Positions 1-12,849 of a stretch of 51,719 nt of DNA are shown one piece after another; position 1 is the first letter of the stretch, and each line of letters opens with the position of its first letter. A program made the position numbers and the translations under genes. The notes under the pieces are model-generated. The model did no database searches. It saw nothing but the letters and a program-made list of their open reading frames with translations, and was not told the origin of the DNA. The stretch covers positions 1 to 51,719 of the forward strand of contig NW_021834569.1 in NCBI RefSeq assembly GCF_006345805.1. Reading direction: 5' to 3'. This stretch comes from Octopus sinensis. Taxonomy: Eukaryota.

Positions 1-152
1 GTTTTACAGATTGGAGATATGCTCTCACGTAGTTTTCTATAAATTACAATGTTTCTCAATTCAATTATTTTTGTAATGTTAAAGTTTTAACTGGATTCTT
101 TTAAATTTGATTTTAGTAGAATATAACTTTTATTATAAAAATTAATATATAG
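1..152. repeat. Dispersed ~150 bp repeat, copy 1 (copy 2 at 41943-42090)
   Basis: Base-by-base match to 41943-42090; the differences seen are homopolymer lengths only. Confidence 0.95.
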
Positions 153-159
153 GCTTTAA

Positions 160-889
160 ATGTTTGATTATTCACGTGGTGCATTTGAAAATTTACTCGA
201 AACGTTGACTGAATCAGAAGATAGCATCCTAAAAATAAGCCAATGGGTGGTTTTAAATCACAAAAATAAACAGGAAATCGCACAAATATGGAACGAGCAA
301 TACAACAAAGGTTTAATTCCACCACCTCAACTTTTAGCCCATCCAAATAAAAAAATCAATCTTTTACATCTGTGTGACCGTTTACTGCAAAATGGCAAGA
401 AACGAGGCCGAGATTTTTCCGAAACATTCCAAAAAAGTCTTTGCAATGTTTTTATTTCAAATGAGTGACTTTATTTTTATATTCGTAGTGAGGAGGTGTC
501 TCAAACCCTCCAAGAATTGCTAACCACGTGGGGGAATACTGAAATGTTTTCCAATTCAGTCATTTCATCAATGAAGGCTGGATTGACTTCAAAAACTAAA
601 AAGTCGAGGGTTTTTATTTTTTTCTTATCAAAGTTTGAACGAATGGTTGAACTGATGGCCCAAGTTGAAGAATGGGAGGAATCCGGGATGCATCCACAGG
701 CTGATATGTTGGAAAAGATCGAGACAATTCAGAGTCTTTTGGCCGGTGTTGTTGTTGAAGAGTGTCAGTTATTGAGTGATTTAAAAACCTGTTCTCAGGT
801 GAGGTGGAAATCCGGTAGTTTAGGAACTGAAAGCATTCTTAAGTGTAAGTGCTATGAAAGAAAGGGAGTCGAGGAGTTTGAATCATTAA
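160..889 (+). CDS. RPRD1: CID-domain RNA Pol II CTD-binding protein (RPRD1A/B, Rtt103-like)
   Basis: Removing introns 311-337, 465-488, probably 610-633, and 799-823 gives LTESEDSILKISQWVVLNHK...KKINLLHLCDRLLQNGKKRG...LQELLTTW, colinear with the RPRD1 CID, followed by a coiled-coil tail and TAA at 887-889. Confidence 0.85.
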
Positions 890-1289
890 ATAATTTTTAC
901 ACTATTTTTGACTTTATGAGATAATTTTAATCAACAAATTGTAAAAAGGCTTAGTTTGTAGATGAAAAGTTTTGTTTATATGAAAAATAGTCTTAGATCT
1001 TTATATTCTGACTTTCTGGGTATTCTACGAATTTTGAATAGGAAAGGTTTTGAAAATTTTTTTTTGATTTTAAATTTGTTGATTAGCTACAGACTAGGGA
1101 TTATTTAACAAAATAAGGATTGACTTGGTACGTTTTATTTTATTATTTGAATTACTACTCTTTCTGCTTTTAGAATGATCAAGTAAACTTTGATGAATAT
1201 AAAATGACAGTTCTATTTTAAAGTATCTAATTAAGAATCCAGATTGGCAGTAATTTCTCTTCTACGAGATTGTCAGTTTGGCACGAACT

Positions 1290-1700
1290 TCTTTTCATTT
1301 TACATTTCTTCATCACAACCTACTGGATGTATGTCCTCGTTCTTTCTTCAATGGATAACTTCGTATGACTTTCACAAAAATTTGAGACAACTCCCGTGTC
1401 AAGATAATTGGAATAATCTTTACTTTTGCTTCATAGAGGATCGACAGTTTGTTTGCCAGCAGATTGTATTTTTGAAATTTGAAATCTCAAATTTATGATT
1501 TCCGAACTGGCGAGTGTCGTAAGGTTGGAAAAAAACTTGAAACTGTTAATATTGAACGTGGTATACTCAAAGGTGATTAGTTGTCATTTCGAATATTTTT
1601 ATTGAATCCATCAAACAGGAACTCATAACAATTATGCCCCAATAGATTGAATCAGAACTTTCTGAATGAAACCAGTAATATTCAAGGCCCAGAAACTGGT
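1290..1700 (+). mobile_element. Degenerate non-LTR reverse transcriptase remnant (R4-like)
   Basis: ETVNIERGILKGD*LS at about 1540-1585 resembles the RT motif GILQGDSLS; the region has stops and frameshifts. Confidence 0.45.
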
Positions 1701-1942
1701 TTTCTTCGTAATCGAAAATTTATGCCATACGAATTCCGATATACTCAAACTCTATCCTCCATCTATCGATTTTTAAACACAATTTGAAGTTTATGCTTAA
1801 CTTCTGATAAGATATTTATCCAGCATATAGATTAGTCAAAATTAGATCAATGTGCAGTAAAACCTCTCAAATCAGCAGATTTTGGCCGGTACGTCAATCA
1901 AAACAAAACTAATACATTAAAAAGTATTTATTAAATAAATAA

Positions 1943-4421
1943 TCAAATTCCATAAACTTTACGTATAAGACAAGTAAGGGACTGTTGATCGTACTTAAAA
2001 TACTTAGTCGGCGTCGAAGAAAAGGAGAATCTGGCATAACTCATAACTTCCTGCTGATACTTTTTTACCACAAGTGCACAACACTTGGCACAAATATCCT
2101 TCCGCTGTTGAACGTCGGCCAAATACATATTTCCATGAGATCTGGCAATATCCTCCAAATCCTTATTAAACACCTACCACAATAACATGCACTCAGTCAC
2201 ATTAAACATGTCTTTAATGGCCTTCCGTTCCCGCTCCCTCAACTATAAAATAATACAATTTAAAAGACAACTTCTGATCCAGGTTTGTATACATCAATCT
2301 CAAATGGCTTGAACAAATGTTCCCATCTTTCATGTATAATAAACAATGTACATTTGTAAATATTCCCCCTCAAACTTGGCAATATTCTTGCTTATTCTAC
2401 TCTTGGAGTCCTCCAATAGTCGAATTGTGATCTTATCCCTACAAAATCGCCAAACAAGACATACCTATCACTCGTCGGGGAAAATACCAGAAAGGACAGA
2501 TTCCTCAGAATATATGTAAAATTGTTCATTAGAAACACATTTCTTATCCCCGAATCGCCATAAAGGGTCGCTTTCTGCAGGAGATTGGCCTCCAAAGGTG
2601 GAGAAATCCCTTCACTGCCATTCAACCAACCCACCTACCAATAAAATCGACAACATTAAGAGTGGCAGCAGACAAGGACACGTCCGAACCTATCAAATGA
2701 GTCAAGAAAACACATTTCTCTGAAAAGGAGACTTCACTCCGCCTGAGATAGTATATTTTCAGACACTCCCCCACGCTCTGTTTATTCTCAAATATTATTT
2801 TTAGAAACGGCATTGTCTGAATGGACTTATTATACCAATACCTTGGCAGCCAACTCATGCACATTCCCGTCTGGGGGCATTGAGGAGTTGTTTATTGGGT
2901 CAATCTGGCAATTTATATGACAGAATAAACCCTTATCAACTCCAGTTGTCGTTCCATGATTTTTCCTGCCATGTTCTGCAGATCGATGTATAGGAAAGTT
3001 ATTTTGGACGAAAATGCCTCCAATGCTTTAAGATTCTGATTCTTTTGAACACAAGTCTTGAAGCCTGACTCAATTTCGTTTATATTCCTCAGACCACCCA
3101 AAAGGGAGGATAAGGCGGTTGAAATCCCCTCACATGTTGCCAATGTTATTATCAAATTGTCCAATTTCTATATTTTATGTTTAGTTCTCCACCTTGGAGT
3201 CACTTTCGAGTGGTTCAAGTCGAGGAATAATTATCATTTTGAATATTTGATTCACAAGCGACTTGCCAAACTGGGAAAAAGTGGCTTTAATAAGATCGAG
3301 CTCAGTCTCGGCCAGAATGGTCAAATTATACAAAGACTGAACCAGCAAATCGACACTAAAACCATCCAAGTCCCCCACGTTTTTACGAATGGCAGCCTGC
3401 GAGGCGTTCAAAGGGGAAAATTTTGAAATATTCCTATCACATAAAGTCACAACAAATACTTCAAATGTGAGAAATTACGATAACTGGGACTACACTATTG
3501 GAATAAATAAAAAGTACAACTGAAGCAGGAGTCTGGTGGGTTGTTTCTGGTCGACTAGTCGTCCGTAAACACTCAAATCTCGCCGTCACAAATAAATCCA
3601 TAAAATAGTCCAATTTACTCTTCAAATTGACTTTAATCCAGTTATAAGAATTTGCCAATTTATTTATTTTGTCGGCTGACCGTGAATAATATCCAGCCAA
3701 ATTATTTCGCACTGAAAATCTAAGTCGGGAAATACCCATAAAATTGATTCCCGCGTCGTTTTGTGGAATTCCGTGGTAGTTCCGAGAGCGGGAAAATGAT
3801 TGGGGAGTGTTTGTGACAGAATCAGCAGTTCTGGACATAAAAATGGACTGATCGGGAGTAAAATTATCCTTAATAAAACAGATAATGTCATTTTCCAGCT
3901 TAGAAACAAGCGAATCGAATAAAATTGCCTTTTTTGGTGAGAAATAAAATACAGCGGTTTTAGTCTCGATGGATTCCGGACGATTGGAATGGAAAAAGTC
4001 CTTCGCCTTATTCACAGCATCCAAAACACTGATCATTTCAGAGAGATCATTGCTGGATGACATTTTTGTTATTAAATATGCCTTATTTTGTCGACTCCGA
4101 TCTTGTTTATATTTTTGATGACCTGATAGTGGAGGATTATTGAATCGGTCTGTTTAAGGGCCTCCACGTAGGCTGAGATGTAGTGAGAGAAAGATATACC
4201 ATGACAGTTCAGTTGAGAAAGGAGGATTTGTCAAATATGCACGAGAATGAATCTTCAATGCTCTTTAGTTGAGAGGAAAATGACTCTAATGTAGCTACAT
4301 ATGCGTTTGTCGAACTGTCAATGTTAGCCAAAAAATCTTTCATTAAATTCAATCTATCTGTATACTATAAATTAAACATAATTTGTGATTATTTAACATT
4401 TGGATGATCAAACTTATCCAT
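1943..4421 (-). CDS. EXOC7: Exocyst complex component 7 (Exo70), multi-intron; in-frame TGA at 4209-4211
   Basis: Exon translations match Exo70: LESFSSQLKSIEDS, AVNKAKDFFHSNRPESIE, LEANLLQKATLYGDSGIRNVFLMNNFTYILRNL, FNKDLEDIARSH...FSSTPTKYFKY. Mini-introns include 3929-3952 and the GC-AG intron 4053-4081. Internal exons were not all resolved. Confidence 0.88.
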
Positions 4422-4677
4422 CCACACACCAACAGGAATTTTAAATTTGTAATTTTATATGAATTAGTATTATTTAATTTATGACAATTTTAGTTAACAT
4501 TATTTTTAACTAATAGAATTTAAATTTCAGAAAAAAGATTTAAAATATTCTATTTCAATATTCTATAGTGTAGAAATAATAACAGTTCAGAATTAAATTT
4601 AGTAATTTTACTATAATTTAATTATACTATAATTATATTATTTTTATATTAATCAACGGTCAACCTAATATAATAAA

Positions 4678-5213
4678 ATGTCTACGTACAATATGATGTG
4701 TTACTGTGCGTTACTATGTTGAACCTAAGAAGTAAAAGAAATTTGTCACTTAAAAATTCGAAAATTCGAAAAATTAGAAATAGAATGAATGCTAAATTGA
4801 CTCTTGAACAATATATTGACACCGTCAAATTCCGTATTCAAACGCTAAAAGAAGAAAAAGCAAGACTGGAAGAATCTAATCGTGAATTATCATTAAAAAA
4901 CGACTACTTAATTCAACAATTAAGTCTCAATGCCCTGCCAAAGTCTACAGAACTTACGTCTTCTCTGCAGCAGAAGAATACAGTGGCATTATTTCTTCTC
5001 CTTATTACTTTCCTTGCAGTGGAAAATGGGAAGAAATCTATATTTTTGAAGTCTTCGAATCGACCTAATTTGGTTATAAAATCGAGGATCTTTAATTCAT
5101 TTAAGGAATTGGATCGAAGAAAAACTTTTCATAGGCACTATGTTGACTATGATTTTTTTGTCGCGATATTTTGTTGTGACATTATTAAAAAATTTAATTG
5201 GTTTTATAAATAA
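4678..5213 (+). CDS. CREB3/ATF6-like membrane-tethered bZIP transcription factor
   Basis: RKIRNRMNAK...YIDTVKFRIQTLKEEKARLEESNRELSLKNDYLIQQL zipper followed by hydrophobic VALFLLLITFLAV, the CREB3-family layout. Likely mini-intron after 4697; 3' end uncertain. Confidence 0.7.
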
Positions 5214-5759
5214 ATGGCTTTATTCTTAAACATTTTTATTGTTTATGACTTTACTTTTATTTGGATTTAAGTGTTAGAACGAGTATAACCATGCTTTTAC
5301 ACACCAAATAATCTGACAAGTTATTTTTAAACCGGAGAACTTTTGAGAAATTAGTTACTTGTCAAATGAGAACTGAGCTTTTTCAGTTTTTTAAAATTTT
5401 ATAAAAATATTTGTTTGTATGTTTTAGGAGATTGATTCTGTAAATAATAAAACAATAACTGGCATTTACTGCATTCTAAGTATTCCTTCTACCGAAATAT
5501 GCAATTTTTGCGAATATTTATTTTGAATTCTTCAAAAACACTTAAAGAAAATATGAATAAAATTAATAGTAAAGCTCAATTTAATGAAGGTTCACTTCTT
5601 TACGACTGTCTAGTGAAAATTATTTCGATTTTTATAATCAAGAATGGAGTTATCTCAACATGCTACAGGAATTATTAATAGTAGATACATTATCTTCATA
5701 AAATTTAAAATCGTTGTGGTGTTGTGGCGTGTTTATCGTTTTTGACAATTATCTAATGT

Positions 5760-6303
5760 GTCAATAGAGAGTATAAATATAATCTGGAACTTGGATCGAT
5801 GTCAGATAGACATTTGACTTTTTCGATCAGAATTTATATATCACGTGCTTTCTCAGTCCGGAATTCCGAACGCAAATTTTGTGAAAACCTTAATCAACAA
5901 ATAAAATATTATTTTGAAACTCAACAATAAAAGGATTGAAACTGTAAAACTGGGAAGAGAAATCCGGCAAGAAGATTCACTCTATGGATCCGTTAAGTAT
6001 GATCTTAAATATGAAGTTCCGGAAGGTGTGTCTAACCAAAGTCATCTGCTTGCGGTCTTATATTTGACAAACTATTTGTTGTTTATTGAAAACGTGAAAA
6101 TAATTGGTGAGAATGAGAATATTGTTTTAAAAATGATGAAAGATTTTTTCGATGTTTTTTGCTTCAAGAGGGACTCAGAAAAATCTCAGACCAACTTGCA
6201 CTATGTGAAAGATACAAAATGTCTGTATGACTGCGTTGGGCAACTTTACCAGGGAGTTCTGGAGGATAGAAATATCAACGTCAAGAAAAACGAAGTAATG
6301 TGA
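5760..6303 (+). mobile_element. R4/Dong-like non-LTR RT remnant
   Basis: ETVKLGREIRQEDSL...TNYLLFIENVKI...RDSEKSQTN corresponds to GILQGDSL...NHLLFIDDLKL...EKSATN. Confidence 0.7.
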
Positions 6304-6544
6304 CCAATTGCTCGCAGCTACTGATCTGGCAATTCGCTGTATTCTAATCAATTTACGAATAGATCTTAATCCTGAAAATAAATAACGATTTCAGAAATTC
6401 TCATTTTCTAGGATCCTAGTTTTTAGGATCCTAGCGGGATAGTTATTCCTTCAGTTGTTTTTAGTCGGATCTCTTCTCCTTTGTTTTCCATATTATTTAG
6501 TCTGTTGAAAACCTTCCAAAATGAGGGTTTTTCTTATTCAGTTT

Positions 6545-7720
6545 TTAGCATTGTCTCTTCATAGCAAGGTCTGAATGATTTTTGCGACATCATTTATCTC
6601 TGTTTTCACGGTACGAATCTTATCCCGAAGACGAATGCAATATATGGTGTCACTGCATCGTCTTAGCTTCTTTTCAAGGTTTCCCTTCCATTTTATAAGT
6701 TTTCCCAAAGATTCGTCAATCCGGGTTTTTCTGTTACTATTTGACATGATGTATTTTCTGACCGAAGATTTTTGGAGAAAATCCAGTTTAGCTTCTCTGA
6801 GAATTTTATCGAGTTTTTCAATTTTTATATTTGAGGAGATGTTTTCTATTGGATACGGTATCAAATGCATTTTCATTGATATCTCGAAGTCAGACCAGAT
6901 TGTCCGAGACGTATCATATCCGATGAAAAGATCTTCGCATATCGTAGATGATGTTTGCATACATAAAGATTGAGGTAGGTGATCACTACCAATGTTTATC
7001 TAAATTCTTGGTATGCTGCATTGATGAACAAGATCAGCCGATACAAGAAAAACTTCAATACAATCCTCCCCATAACAAGAGAAATGGTTTGGTTCTTGTA
7101 AGGTCAAAACACTAAAGCCGCAGTTCTTCGATAATCTGAGGAGTATATGACCGTCCGAATTTGTATTAGCACACCAGTACGATGTGTGTTTTGCGTTAAG
7201 GTCTGCTATTAGAATTCCTCCATCATTGTTTTGGAAAAATTCTTCAATAAGATTTGGTTAATTCTTTATTGCTTTGGAGTACATAGCTCCTACAGATATC
7301 CATCCAAGGAATGTTAGTAGTTTCAATGCAATTAGTTCGCAAAAATTTCTTCAACGATTTTCAAGTCCCTCACCATTAGATTGTCTTTATAATGTCAGGT
7401 CGCCATGGGATATCAATCGACTGAAAACCATGGATTTTGTGATGCTGCTTTCCCTTAAGCTTTGTTTATTAACAACCAATATGTTTACCGATCTAACCAA
7501 GTAGCTTAGCTCTGTAGCCCGTTTCCGAATTGACCGGGGGTTGATAAGCGTAAAAACGCTCATCTCGTCAAGTTTTGGTGGCTGTCCTCCATAAAGAGCG
7601 CCACCAGTTCCAGTAAATTTTTAAACGTTTTTTTAGTCGTCGTTTTCGATTTAAGATGGAGATCCTCCAATTGATTCTTGGAGTATTTTTTATGATTTTC
7701 TCTGGGTGGCCCTCATGGAG
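6545..7720 (-). mobile_element. Jockey/I-like LINE ORF2 remnant (APE endonuclease); same family as 29265-31585
   Basis: GILIADLNAKHTSYWCANTNSDG...IGSDHLPQSL APE motifs. EDLFIGY...WSDFE is shared with the element at 29.3 kb. Confidence 0.8.
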
Positions 7721-7882
7721 ATAAAGTCAGGTATTAATGCTGATCTTTTTTTCCTCTATTTCCCAACGAGATTTTCAACAGAATTTTTTCCAAATCAGCA
7801 CAGGTAGCACATAATTTTCTTTTGTTGGGAGATTTGAGAATATTACGAGCCTGGTTATAAGCAGTCGAGGATTCATCTAGAA

Positions 7883-8680
7883 CAGGGGTCTCCAAACCCC
7901 GGCCCGCCATGTGATTTAATCCGGCCCGGCTGTTGTAAATATCTTTTTTTGGCAATAAGAAAGGAAATAGATTTGTTTCTCATAAAGAAAAACCGAAAAG
8001 AACCACTTTTGTCAGACACAGAATGGCTTTGTAGATTGGCTTTTTTCGTGGACATTACAGGCCATATGAATGAATTAAATCTCAATTCGCAAGGTTAATT
8101 TATTATATTTTAGTTTTGAAGGTGAATATGCTCTTATTTGTGATTTATTCACAGATGTCAAGGCATTTAGGTAAAAACTAGTGCTTTTTGGAAAACAACT
8201 CAAAAATAAAAACTATGTCCATTTTGCATTTTGCGAAAATTTCTGTAAAGAAAACGTTTGTGAATTTCCTGTCGAATTTGGTACCAAAATAATTAAGGAT
8301 TTGAAGAAACAATTTCTTGAACGATTTTCTGATCTTGACAAGAGAAGCGATGAAATAAGGTTTTTTCAATGCGAAGCCGAAACTATTCAAGTTATCTTCA
8401 ACTTGAAATAATTGAACTCCAATCAGATAATATTCTGAAAGATAAATATGAAAAACAGAATATTATTCAATTTTATAAATTTTAAATTCTAATCAGTTTC
8501 CAATTTTGAAACGATACGCATGCGGATTTATATCTACTTCTGGTACAACATACCTTTGTGAACAAACATTTTCATGAATGAAATATGTAAAATCCAAATA
8601 TCGAGCAAACTTGTCGGATGAGCACTTAAAGTTGCTTTTGATAATCGGGACAACAGACTTGACGCCTGATTACAATAAAT
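7883..8680 (+). mobile_element. hAT (SPIN/GTF2IRD2-like) transposon: left TIR plus C-terminal transposase remnant
   Basis: Begins CAGGGGTCTCCAAAC, a hAT-type TIR. Contains FVDITGHMNELNL, QFLERFSDLD, GTTYLCEQTFS*MKYVKSKYRANLSDEHL. No right TIR seen. Confidence 0.82.
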
Positions 8681-9060
8681 TTCATTTTATTTAGTCTCTT
8701 GTTCTTTTACTAGCTTGTTCAATTGCTTTTGCATAAAGATAGTTTCCATGTGGGAGCCGAACGCTTTATTTTGTGTTAAAAGCTACATGAACCTTAATTA
8801 ACACCAAGCTCCTACAAGATAGTGAGACTAGAGTTAAATGACAAAGCAAAGGACTTTAATGAAAAACAAAATTAATAAACTAATCCCAAAAATTCCAATT
8901 GATTATAATGATGAGTCAGCTTAAAACCTTTTTTACTTTATTAGCTTAAAATCTGTTTGAGTTTTGTTTGTTATTTTAACTTTTTGACAAATAAATTAAC
9001 TTATATTTAATTGTTTTAATCATAATATAAGTGCATAATTTGTTATAAATTATTAATCAA

Positions 9061-10628
9061 ATGGTCGACGCATTTCGTGAATATCTGCGATTTCCAACAG
9101 TCCAACCAGATCCTGATTATGGTGACATTCTATTAAATAAAAAGCACTTTTAGGTCCTGCAGTTAAATTTCTCTCTGATTTAGCCCTTGGAATAGGGCTT
9201 CAGCCTACCGTTTTAGAATTTTATCCAACAAAGCTGATTCTTGTAATAAAGTGGCAAGGGAACGACCCTGAAGCGGAATCAATTTTACTGAATTCTCACA
9301 TGGACGTTGTTCCAGTGTACAGAGTATTTATGTGTAAATTCAAATATTTTAAGGAGAAATGGACATTTGATCCATTTGGTGCAGAAATGGACAATAATGG
9401 GAACATCTATGCACGTGGAAGTCAGGTTTAAATATATTATAAATGTGGTTAGGATATGAAATGTGTCACAATTCAGTATTTTTTAATTTACTGACGTCAG
9501 ATATTTAGAAGCGATCAGAAAACTCATCAAAGAAGGTTATGTTCCTCGCCGAACTATATACATCAGCGTAGTACCAGGTTTATAATTTTTATTTTATTGT
9601 TATCAGATGAGGAAATCGGTGGACTGACCGGAATGGCGACGTTTGTGAAGAGTGAGTATTTTAAATCTCTCAACATTGGTTTTGCCCTTGATGAAGGTGT
9701 TTTATTATGTCACTAAGAGTTGTAGGAATTGCATCCCCAAATGCAACGTTTTCAGTTTTTTATGGCGAAAGGACTGTAATGCGTTTGATTTTTTTGACTT
9801 GAATGATTTATAGCATTCAAATTGACGTGTCATGGAAACCCAGGCCATGGGTCACTTTTTTTGGAGAACACTGCAGGAGAGAAGATGGTAATAAATTTTA
9901 GGTTTTAAATTATAGGCAAACTGTCTCGCTGCAGTACAATCTTTCCGCAATAATGAAAGACGAAAACTTGAAGAGTTGTTATGAAACTGTTAATTTTAGA
10001 AATCCCGGGATGAAACTGGGAGATGTAACAACTGTCAATTTAACCGTTCTTGAAGGCGGCGTACAGACAAACGTTATCCCGGCCACTCTTTCTGCCAGTT
10101 TTTTTTCTTATTTAAGCTATTTGAAGCATTTGATTTACGATTACCTTCAACCACAAGTTTTACTGAAATTTGTGATCAGGTTTTTCCTGAAGCTGAAAAA
10201 AATGAGATTTTTATCAATAAAATTTATGTTTTATTTGAATTTTTGTAATATTTGACAGGATAGTGAACAAATTCAACCTTCGTCCCTTGATTCCCCGTTT
10301 TGTAAATCGTTTTTTTCTGCTATTGATGAACTGTGAGTTTTAATCAATAATTGAGTTAAATTATATTTTAATTTTAAATTTTTGATAAAAAACTTTAGTG
10401 AACTGGAAACACAGGTCATGATTTTTCCGGCAGGAACTGATGCAAGATATCTTCGTGGAGTACATTATTAAATCTAACAATACATAGACTGGAATTCCAG
10501 TTCTCAACTTTTCCCCGATGAATAACACTCCTGTGCTTCCTCATGACCATGATGAGTATCTAAATGTTGATACGTTTTTGCGAGGAATTGATATTTATCA
10601 GATCATTCTCCAAAAAATATCAACTTAA
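9061..10628 (+). CDS. ACY1: Aminoacylase-1 (M20 peptidase family), 14 exons
   Basis: Splices cleanly with 13 GT-AG introns (32,30,27,25,29,29,31,28,25,29,31,66,28 nt). Motifs [75 protein letters not shown]. Confidence 0.95.
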
Positions 10629-11049
10629 TCTAATTTAATTCTAATTTGATTATCTCGATTTTTCTAACCATAATTTAATATTTAATTTTTTTAATATTAC
10701 CCACAAATGATTAATTAATGATGAAAAGAATTTGACCATTATCATTTTTCTATTTAATGTATTTTTATTTAAGAAAAAAAATTTCTACAGATATTTAGTT
10801 CATTGAAAAATACGTTTATGAGTCAGCAAATATAGTTTTTTATTACAAAAATTGGTTTTTATTTAATCTATTTTATCATTAACAAAATGTAGATTAACAA
10901 ATTGCCAATTAAATCATTAATAACTCTTAGAATAATGGTCGGAAAATTAATTATCAATTGTATTAAAATGTATAATGATTGACTATTAGATTATTTCAAA
11001 TAATTTCTTTTTGGATAAATCATAAAATCAAAAACAAAATTAGATGCTA

Positions 11050-11170
11050 GCTAGGTAAGTAGCTAAGAGAATAATCGAGAGCCTAAGAGTCAGCTTAACG
11101 AACCGCGGGGTGCGTATTTTCGTTGAGCACAGCGACCGAGAGTTGTCGAAAAAGCCAGCTTGTTCAAGTA
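11050..11170 (-). mobile_element. CRE-like element 3' remnant
   Basis: FRQLSVAVLNEN resembles the FQRISLAIQRGN C-terminal motif of the other CRE-like copies. Confidence 0.35.
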
Positions 11171-11340
11171 ACTTAATAGAAATTTTTTAAAAAATTTGAA
11201 ACTTCATAATCCTGATAAAATTGGTACACCCGTTCATCACAGTCAGATTGAAATTATTGATTTTAAAGCATGTAATGCTTATCTATCATACAATTGTTAA
11301 ATGTATGAAGAGGAAATAAACGACAGTTTATGTAGAATAA

Positions 11341-11620
11341 CGTGAGGCGACGAGTCCTGTGAATGGAATCTCCTACCTGCCGGATCTCAGCGTGGCGTAA
11401 TGTGGTTTACCATGTTAGTTGGAACTTCAATTGATATGAAAACGCTCAGAGGGCACCTAATCCCTACCGAAAAAGAACTTGTAGAAATCTGACCCCAAGG
11501 AAATCTTTTTCACAGGTCGATCGAACCTTTCCGAAGGATCTCCGTCTCTTGCGAAGTGCATCGAGGATCATGGGAAATTATAATTAACAAGTTCACCCTG
11601 GTCCTTTGGTCATTAATAAA
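11341..11620 (-). mobile_element. Structured non-coding repeat, putative RTE 5' leader (homolog of 22525-22825)
   Basis: Shared colinear blocks GAGGC.ACGAGT, TTGGAACTTC, AAACGCT, GATCGAACCTTT..GAAGGATCTCC and ATTATAATTAAC. Confidence 0.6.
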
Positions 11621-11719
11621 TTTCTCAAAAAATTATAATTGAAAACATATTGAAATTATTTATGTAGATCATGCTCACTAAATAAGTTTTTTCAATTCCT
11701 TTTGAGCTGAATTCATATT

Positions 11720-12100
11720 CTTATTAGCACTACGCGATGTCAGTAGGCATGTGAAGTCACCTTTCTATGTTTTGTTATATTCGAGCCAGGTCGCGTAACA
11801 TGTAAAGATCCTCGTTATCCTTAAAGCGCTTCTCATTTTTTTGAAGTCCTCGTGAAGGACAGACGACACTGTTGTCTTTGAGCAGCCTCTGAAATGTATT
11901 GCGTCCAAAGAAAGTGATCCTACATGGCGCTGAGTTTGTGCGGGTATCTATATCTATCCGAGAATGTGACAAAACATATTCAATTTGGCCTCTAGAATCT
12001 CCTCAAAATTGACGTGGTTCTTTCTCTCTTATAGAGGATTTGGGACGACATTTTTGATCGACTTCGCGAAAAAAGAATTAGTTGTAGCTGATCTCTGAAA
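11720..12100 (-). mobile_element. RTE-clade LINE 3' remnant
   Basis: LEAKLNMFCHIL...FKDNEDLYMLRDLAR resembles the RTE ORF C-terminus. Confidence 0.6.
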
Positions 12101-12849
12101 AAACAGGTTTAGAATTTTGTACTTCTGTTTTGTACAAGTTCATTTTAGCTAATATCTCACAAAGCTTGCCAACACCACTGGTGTTAGGATCTCAACACTA
12201 CCCTAGTTTCTGAATAGGAGTCTCTCTCCTGTTGCTAGAGAGGTGCATCTTTTATACATTCCAGTTTAGGATCTAAGAAATGACTGCCTAGTTTCTGTGT
12301 TTCCTATTTAAAGTTAAATTATATAATTTTTTTTAAGTGTGTTAGTAATATTTTTAAAATTTGATTATTATTATTTGTTGTGTTATTTATTATTAATAAG
12401 CACACTGCAAAATAACGTTAGTAAAGTTTCTCGCTTGTTATTTAAGAGAGGAAAGAGATTTCCAATAATCGGGACTGAGAATCTAAATTAAATAGTCTAG
12501 CTAAAGTATATACAATTAACGTCTATTTGTTAAATTGATTTTATGGCAGATGATGATTCTTAAGTCAGTCATGATTCTGATATAAGAGATGACTCTTACT
12601 TACTGATGCCGGATAACACTTTATTAGGATAATTTTTTATACCTGAATTTTATATTATATCAGTAGTTATTAAAAAATAGACATTCAATTAGTTCGATAT
12701 GATGCCATCATTCCATCATGCATGCCTTGTATGTTGATGCAATTAAAGTGAATTTTAATTGCTTTAACTATTAATGACCTACCTAATGAATTTTCTTAGA
12801 AATAGTCATGTTAATAAAGCAGTGAACTAATGTGGTGGTCTCATTTAAG

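Noticed and set aside
5324-5375. Short inverted repeat TGACAAGT...ACTTGTCA
   Set aside because: Only 8-10 bp arms in AT-rich DNA, with no TSD or second copy.
12170-12245. Small hairpins AACACC/GGTGTT and CTCTC/GAGAG
   Set aside because: Short, single copy, no recognisable RNA motif.
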